Shown here piece after piece: positions 58,966 to 64,000 of a stretch of 64,000 nt of DNA. The notes below the pieces were generated by a model. It was given only the letters and a program-made list of their open reading frames with translations. It was not told where the DNA came from and did not search any database. The stretch is from Gemmatimonadales bacterium (lineage in GTDB: Bacteria > Gemmatimonadota > Gemmatimonadetes > Gemmatimonadales > GWC2-71-9). Both the position numbers and the translations under genes were made by a program. Each line of letters starts with the position of its first letter. The stretch's first letter is position 1. The stretch spans positions 39,608-103,607 of the forward strand of contig DASYTT010000037.1 of assembly GCA_036002045.1 (NCBI GenBank), in the 5' to 3' direction.

Positions 58966-59711
58966 TGCGCCGGCTACTGTTCGCCGCCAACTGGAAGATG
59001 CAGCTCGGGCCCGCTGAGGCGCGGGACTACGCGGTGCGGTTTCGGGCGCGCTTCACCCCTTCCGACGCGCGAGACACCTGGTTCTTCCCTCCCGCGGTGA
59101 GCCTCGAGGCCGCGGCGCAGGCATTCCGCGGACTTCCTAACACGCAAGTTGGCGCGCAGGACATCCACTGGGAGCCGAAGGGCGCCTTCACGGGGGCGGT
59201 ATCGGCCGGGCTCGCGAAGGGGGCTGGGGCGACGGCGGTGCTGATCGGGCACTCCGAGCGGCGCCACGGGTTTGGGGAGTCGGATGCCGACACGGCGAAG
59301 AAGCTGCGGGCGGCGCTGCGCGAGGAGCTGACTCCGGTGCTCTGCGTGGGTGAAAAGCTCGAGGAACGCGAGGCAGGGAAGACCGAGGCCGTGGTCCGGC
59401 GCCAGCTGCTCGCGGCGATCGAGGGACTTCGGCCGGCGGAGCTGGGCTCGCTGGTGGTGGCGTACGAGCCGGTGTGGGCGATTGGAACCGGGCGCAACGC
59501 GACTCCATCCGACGCGGCTCAGGTACACGCCGGCTTGCGGCGACTGCTGGGTGATGCCAGCGTACGCGGCACTCGCATTCTGTACGGCGGGTCGGTCAAA
59601 CAGGGGAACGTGGCGGCGCTGCTCGCGGAGAAGGAGATCGAGGGTGTGTTGGTCGGTGGGGCGAGTCTGGATCCTGAGGGGTGGGCGGGGATCTGCGCAG
59701 TGGGGCGGTAG
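58965..59711 (+). CDS. tpiA: Triosephosphate isomerase
   Basis: ANWKM, GHSERR and AYEPVWAIGTG. ATG 58965 overlaps the pgk stop by 1 nt. Confidence 0.9.
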
Positions 59712-59723
59712 GTCAGCCGGCTG

Positions 59724-59747
59724 GCTGGGCTGGTTTCGCAGCCAAGC
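59724..59747 (+). terminator. Hairpin just after the tpiA stop; terminator-like, no T-tract
   Basis: GCTGGGCTG-GTTTCG-CAGCCAAGC (9 bp, one mismatch), embedded in GGCTGG-type short repeats at 59714-59733. Confidence 0.3.
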
Positions 59748-59837
59748 CGTTCGCGGCCAGCCTACCACTCACAAATTTGGTGGCGCTGTTGGATCAGCGT
59801 TCGCAGCCCTGGTCAGCCAAACGGCAGTTGACGCCGG

Positions 59838-60069
59838 ATGGCTCATCATCCAGCGGACGTTCGGGCCCGAATGTGCGAGGTGAATTGGCGCAAGATCGCC
59901 AGGGTGCGGGACGTTCTGGTGCACTGTTACTTCGGGCGATTCGCAAACCGGGTGGAGCGCCGTTCGCTACTGCGTCCCCGAGCTTCGCGCACACGTCGAG
60001 CGGCTCCTGCGAGATGCGTCCGCACCGGAGACGTCTGAGGCGGAGTGCGCGGGTGGTGGATCGAGATGA
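59838..60069 (+). pseudogene. Frameshifted remnant of a HepT/DUF86 (HEPN) toxin gene
   Basis: Frame 1 reads ...NWRKIARVRDVLVHCYFG with an intact Rx4HxY HEPN motif (R 59907, H 59922, Y 59928). After 59936 the family-like C-terminus continues only in the next frame (DSQTGWSAVRYCVPELRAHVERLLRD..., stop 60067-60069). No N-terminal half and no MntA partner were recognised. Confidence 0.5.
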
Positions 60070-60137
60070 CGATGCGGCGCCAGTCGCGGGGCCGCCCTCC
60101 GTCCTGCTATTATCGGCGACGGCAGCGAAGGAGGCCC

Positions 60138-62123
60138 ATGCCGCCGCACCGATTGCTCGTGTCGCTCGTCACCGTGTCGCTCGTATCGCTCGCGCTGATC
60201 TCCGCGCGGCCCGTCACGGCGCGCGTCGAGCGCGCCGTCGCGAACGACAACCGCACGCCGGCCGGCACGATGGCCGGCGATACGCTCGCGGTGCGTCTGA
60301 CAGTCACCCCCGTCGCGTGGTACATCCTGGGCGACAGCGAGCCAGCGTTCACGCTCCTCGCCTTCGCCGAGGAGGGGAAGGCGCCGACCATCCCCGGGCC
60401 GTTGATCCGCGTGCGCGTCGGCACCCCGGTCCGCGTGACCGTCCGCAACCCGCTCAGCGACACACTCGTCGTGCGCGGGCTGAACGAGCGCTCCGCGATG
60501 CTCGACTCGCTGGTGGTACTTCCGGGCGACACCGCCTCCGCGCGCTTCGTCGCGCGACGCGTGGGCACGTACCTGTACTGGGTACCCGCCTACAGCGTCC
60601 GTGTGCCCGACGATCTTCCGTCGACGCTCCTGCCGCCCCGCGGCTTCGACTCCCAGCTAGCCGGCGCGATCGTCGTCGACCCGCCGGGCCCCGTCCCCGA
60701 AGATCGGGTCCTCGTCATCACCGCGCTGCAGGACCGGGCGGAGGCCGCGCCCGGGCCCGCGTCGATGGATCGGCACGGGACGCTGAGGCGACAGTTCAAC
60801 GCCGTCAACGGCAGGGCGTGGCCCCACACCGAGCGGCTGCGCTACGCGTTAGGCGACTCCGTGCGGTGGCGGATCGTCAACGCCTCGCAGGAGGCGCACC
60901 CCATGCACCTCCACGGCTTCTACTTCCGCGTGGACTCGCGCGGGGTGCGGGAGGCGGAGGCCGACTCGATCTACACGCCCGAGCAGCGGCGCATGGCGGT
61001 CACCGAGACCGTGAGCAGCCGGAACACGGCCTCGATCACCTGGTCCCCAGACCGGCCGGGCGGGTGGCTCTTCCACTGCCACCTGACCAACCACGCGGCC
61101 AAGTTCGCGCCGATGGACCGGCGCGACGTCGTCGACTATCCATCGACGCATCACGACGGCGACCCGGATCGGCACGTCTTCACAGGGATGAACGGACTGG
61201 TGCTCGGCATCACGGTAACGGGCCGATCGCCGGCGCCTAACGCCTGGCGGCCGGCGAAGCGCCTGCGACTCTTCGTGCAGTCCGACTCCGCGCCGGGCGA
61301 TCGCGACCGCCGCTTTGGCTACGTGCTGCAGCGCGGCCCCGAGCCGAAGCCGGATTCGCTGGAGTACCCCGGCCCGGTGCTCGTGCTCACGCGCGGCGAG
61401 CCCACGAGCATCGAGGTGGTCAACCGCTCCGGCGAGCCGACCGCCGTGCACTGGCACGGCATCGAACTGGATAGCTACTACGACGGCGTGGCCGGCTGGA
61501 GTGGGACGCCGGAGCGCACCGCACCCGCCATTCGACCCGGGCGGCGCTTCGAGGTGCGCCTGACGCCGCGGCGCGCGGGGACGTTCATGTACCACACGCA
61601 TCTAGACGAACTGCGCCAGCAGTACGGAGGCCTCGTGGGGCCGCTCGTCGTGCTGGAGCCTGGAGAGCGATGGAACCCGACGCGCGACCTGGTGATCCTG
61701 CTCTCCGACGGCGTCCCACAGCGCGTCTACATCAACGGCTCGCTCACGCCGGCGGCGAAGCAGCTCGAGGTGGGCCGGACCTACCGGCTCCGCATCGCCG
61801 ACATCGCCGTCTTCCGCCAGGTGCTGCGCGTCCGGCTGGTGCGCGACTCGGCGCTGCTGTCGTGGCGCCCGATCGCCAAGGATGGATTCACGCTGCCCCC
61901 GGCGCAGGCCACCGTGCGGCCGAGCGTCGTGAACCTGCCGAGCGGCGAGACGGCGGACTTCGAGTTCACGCCCGACCGCCCCGGCGAGGTGGCGCTGGAG
62001 GTCCTGGGCCAGCCCGATTTGAACCTGACGCTGCACGGGCGGCTCCCGTTCCGTGTGTCGCCTGCGGCCGGCGACTCCGGAAATTCGAGGTCATCGAGTT
62101 CGCGAGCGCGGTCGAGACGATAG
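60138..62123 (+). CDS. Secreted multicopper-oxidase-domain protein (four cupredoxin-like segments, permuted motif order)
   Basis: ATG 60138 follows GAAGGAGG; signal peptide present. Copper motifs are HPMHLHG (60897), HCHLTNH (61074), HWHG (61449) and YHTH (61590). Confidence 0.75.
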   Translation: MPPHRLLVSLVTVSLVSLALISARPVTARVERAVANDNRTPAGTMAGDTLAVRLTVTPVAWYILGDSEPAFTLLAFAEEGKAPTIPGPLIRVRVGTPVRVTVRNPLSDTLVVRGLNERSAMLDSLVVLPGDTASARFVARRVGTYLYWVPAYSVRVPDDLPSTLLPPRGFDSQLAGAIVVDPPGPVPEDRVLVITALQDRAEAAPGPASMDRHGTLRRQFNAVNGRAWPHTERLRYALGDSVRWRIVNASQEAHPMHLHGFYFRVDSRGVREAEADSIYTPEQRRMAVTETVSSRNTASITWSPDRPGGWLFHCHLTNHAAKFAPMDRRDVVDYPSTHHDGDPDRHVFTGMNGLVLGITVTGRSPAPNAWRPAKRLRLFVQSDSAPGDRDRRFGYVLQRGPEPKPDSLEYPGPVLVLTRGEPTSIEVVNRSGEPTAVHWHGIELDSYYDGVAGWSGTPERTAPAIRPGRRFEVRLTPRRAGTFMYHTHLDELRQQYGGLVGPLVVLEPGERWNPTRDLVILLSDGVPQRVYINGSLTPAAKQLEVGRTYRLRIADIAVFRQVLRVRLVRDSALLSWRPIAKDGFTLPPAQATVRPSVVNLPSGETADFEFTPDRPGEVALEVLGQPDLNLTLHGRLPFRVSPAAGDSGNSRSSSSRARSRR

Positions 62124-62124
62124 C

Positions 62125-62300
62125 CCGATCGCGGCTGACGCCGGACCGGAAGACGATGATGTAGCGATCCGGGATCTGGCCGCTTAAAGACCGACGGATG
62201 TACTCACCTGATTCGCTGGAACGGGATGGGTCGGAACGTCGCCGCAAGCATACAGCGCTGCAGCTGCGAAGAAGAGTATTCGGTACTCCTGCCGCGTCTT
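62125..62300 (-). pseudogene. Fragment of a subtilisin-family protease N-terminus (lipoprotein signal + I9 propeptide motif), frameshifted and truncated
   Basis: Minus strand. One frame gives RILFFAAAALYACGDVPTHPVPANQ (lipobox). A neighbouring frame gives GEYIRRSLSGQIPDRYIIVFRSGV (the classic I9 propeptide start). No catalytic domain follows; the locus abuts the 3' end of the oxidase gene. Confidence 0.35.
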
Positions 62301-62355
62301 GCACCACTGAACGGCCGAAATTCTCGTGGCGACGTAGCGGGCCAAAGGAACCCCT

Positions 62356-62481
62356 ATGAAGGCAGCACTTATCGACCGATATGGGAGCAATGAGGCGGTG
62401 AGGGTGGGTGATCTTGCCGCCCCAACGATGGGCGACGCGGATTTGCTGGTTCGCGTACACGCCGCGAGCGTGAATCCGGTG
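62356..62481 (+). pseudogene. N-terminal 42-codon fragment of an MDR-family zinc-type quinone oxidoreductase / alcohol dehydrogenase
   Basis: MKAALIDRYGSNEAVRVGDLAAPTMGDADLLVRVHAASVNPV matches the GroES-like N-terminus of NADPH:quinone reductases, then loses similarity. The frame stays open into secG. Confidence 0.5.
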
Positions 62482-62589
62482 GGTGGTCATCAAAGCTGTG
62501 TGAGCATTCTACTTGGGCGCCTTTCTCTTCAGCCTGAGCACCTGGCTCGAGGATTGACCGAACTCCGGCACGCAACTAGAATTCCCCGA

Positions 62590-62970
62590 ATGCTTTACAA
62601 CTTTCTGCTGATTCTGCTTATCATCGACGGCCTCATCCTGGCCATCGCGGTACTGCTGCAGGCGGGACAGGGCGGCGGCTTGGCCTCGATGGGCGGTGGA
62701 AGCACCGATCTCGTGCTCGGCGGCCGCCAGGCCGTGACCATCCTGCACAAGGCGAGCTGGGTCACCGGTGGGCTGTTCATGTTCCTGGCGATCTTGCTGT
62801 CGATCGTAGCCTCCCAGCGCACCGTCGGTCAGACCGATGTCCAGCGCCAATTGCAGGCGCCCGTCCAGCAACCGCTGCCCGCCGCGCCACTGCAAGCGAA
62901 CCCGCCGGGAGGGACCACCACACCGCCTCCGGCGCCGGCCCCCATTCCTCCGGCCGGCAAGCAGCCGTGA
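62590..62970 (+). CDS. secG: Preprotein translocase subunit SecG
   Basis: [37 protein letters not shown]... is a canonical SecG N-terminus, followed by a Pro-rich tail. Expected synteny after tpiA. Confidence 0.85.
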   Translation: MLYNFLLILLIIDGLILAIAVLLQAGQGGGLASMGGGSTDLVLGGRQAVTILHKASWVTGGLFMFLAILLSIVASQRTVGQTDVQRQLQAPVQQPLPAAPLQANPPGGTTTPPPAPAPIPPAGKQP

Positions 62971-62985
62971 TCGTGAACGAGGCTG

Positions 62986-63020
62986 AGCGGGGCGCCCCAA
63001 CCTCGGGACGCCCCGCTTTT
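62986..63020 (+). terminator. GC-rich hairpin + TTTT between secG and carA (terminator or attenuator)
   Basis: AGCGGGGCG (62986-62994) pairs with CGCCCCGCT (63009-63017), 9 bp, followed by TTTT through 63020. GTG 63021 follows directly. Confidence 0.5.
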
Positions 63021-64000
63021 GTGTATCTGGAAGACGGGTCATGCTTTCCAGGAATCCTGCACCACCAGGCCGAGCCGGCCATCGGAGAAGTCGTCTTTAC
63101 CACGAATCTCACCGGGTATCAGGAGACCTTTACAGACCCGAGCTACCTCGGTCAGATCGTGGTGATGACCGCTCCGATGATCGGCAACTACGGGATCAAC
63201 GGCGCGGACCTCGAATCGGAACGACCCCAGGTGAGCGGAGTGGTGGTGCGCGAACTCTCCCGGACCGCTTCGAACTGGCGGGCAACGGGAGGTCTGGCCG
63301 AATGGCTCGCCCGCGCCGGCATCCCGGTCATCGAGGGAGTAGACACCCGGCGACTCACCCGGCACATCCGCTCGCGCGGGGCGATGCGCGGGCTCATCGC
63401 CGAAGGAGACGCGCCCACCCGGGCCTTGCTGGATCGGTTGCTCGCAGCGCCCTCGATGGAAGGGCTCGATCTGGCGACTCAGGCCTCGACGCGAACGGCG
63501 TGGAGCGAGGGTGAGCGCGGTCCCCATGTGGTGGCGTATGACTTCGGGATGAAGCGAAACATCGTGCGGATGCTGACGGACAGTGGTTGCCGAGTAACGG
63601 TCGTCCCGAGCGAGACGACCGCAGCCGAGGTACGCGCCCTGAGTCCCGACGGGCTCTTCCTGTCGAACGGCCCGGGAGATCCCGCCGTGCTGGGCGGCGC
63701 AATCGCCAACGTCCGAGAGCTCGCCAACAGTGGACTCCCGACTTTCGGGATTTGCCTCGGCCATCAGCTGCTCGGCCTCGCCTTCGGGGGCCGGACCGTC
63801 AAGCTCCCCTATGGCCATCGGGGGGGAAATCATCCCGTCCGCGACATCGCTACCGGAAAGGTGCTGATCACGGTCCAAAACCACGGTTTTTCGGTCGAGG
63901 GAACCCCCGATGGCATCCCGGGGGCGCCCGATCTCGAGGTCACCCATGTGAATCTCAACGATGGAACCGTGGAAGGTCTTCGGCACAAAGCACTTCCGGT
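63021..64000 (+). CDS. carA: Carbamoyl-phosphate synthase small (glutaminase) subunit, 3' end beyond the window
   Basis: Not in the track as such. My translation is (V)[10 protein letters not shown]...[39 protein letters not shown]...GICLGHQLL...HRGGNHPV. The alternative in-frame start GTG 62973 would put the hairpin inside the CDS. Track ORF 63039..63986 (-) is antisense noise. Confidence 0.85.
   Translation, partial: MYLEDGSCFPGILHHQAEPAIGEVVFTTNLTGYQETFTDPSYLGQIVVMTAPMIGNYGINGADLESERPQVSGVVVRELSRTASNWRATGGLAEWLARAGIPVIEGVDTRRLTRHIRSRGAMRGLIAEGDAPTRALLDRLLAAPSMEGLDLATQASTRTAWSEGERGPHVVAYDFGMKRNIVRMLTDSGCRVTVVPSETTAAEVRALSPDGLFLSNGPGDPAVLGGAIANVRELANSGLPTFGICLGHQLLGLAFGGRTVKLPYGHRGGNHPVRDIATGKVLITVQNHGFSVEGTPDGIPGAPDLEVTHVNLNDGTVEGLRHKALP

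Noticed and set aside
62356-62970. 204-aa ORF as a genuine oxidoreductase-SecG fusion protein
   Set aside because: Only 42 residues resemble an MDR oxidoreductase, and the next 36 have no similarity. SecG has its own canonical Met and N-terminus at 62590. It is reported as a curiosity rather than a feature.
63039-63986. 315-aa minus-strand ORF covering the end of the window
   Set aside because: The + strand in another frame encodes an unmistakable CarA ([14 protein letters not shown]..., [17 protein letters not shown]). That ORF is open to the window edge and so is missing from the track.

Overview
This is a visibly GC-rich bacterial chromosomal segment. It is densely packed, mostly on the + strand, and mostly housekeeping. 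All product calls come from motifs I recognised in the translations; no searches were run.

Gene order: PlsC-like acyltransferase (partial), rlmN, aspS, phoH-ybeY-2xCNNM/CorC-mgtE, and a B12 acyl-CoA mutase cluster (meaB, large subunit, B12-binding subunit, carboxyltransferase) interrupted by an eRF1-like gene. Then a TPPII-like S8 protease, recQ, GNAT, acyl-CoA dehydrogenase, rng, and rplU-rpmA. A minus-strand secreted-peptidase block follows (S46, two amidohydrolases, two M16). After that come gdpD, an ECF sigma module, a hexuronate/KDG locus, tRNA-Leu(CAA), pepA, an outer-membrane protein, yicC-gmk-rpoZ, udg, dnaB, radA, ispD, tsaC, LMW-PTP, aroE, comF, gap-pgk-tpiA, secG and carA (partial).

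The most unusual signal is not a gene. It is a dispersed family of hairpin-forming elements whose two arms are tandem arrays of 6-9 nt units.
- Six intergenic copies start 0-5 nt after a stop codon or the tRNA 3' end.
- Two copies lie in frame inside the udg and radA linkers.
- Some copies share exact cores.

Other notable points:
- A ~2.9 kb insertion of gene debris between tpiA and secG (frameshifted HepT/HEPN remnant, S8 propeptide fragment, truncated quinone oxidoreductase).
- That insertion carries a multicopper oxidase with permuted copper-motif order.
- Paired active/inactive peptidases and amidohydrolases.
- A ~417 nt leader upstream of rng.

No CRISPR array, rRNA, transposase or integrase was seen. 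Start codons were often reassigned using the pervasive ATGA/GTGA stop-start overlaps.
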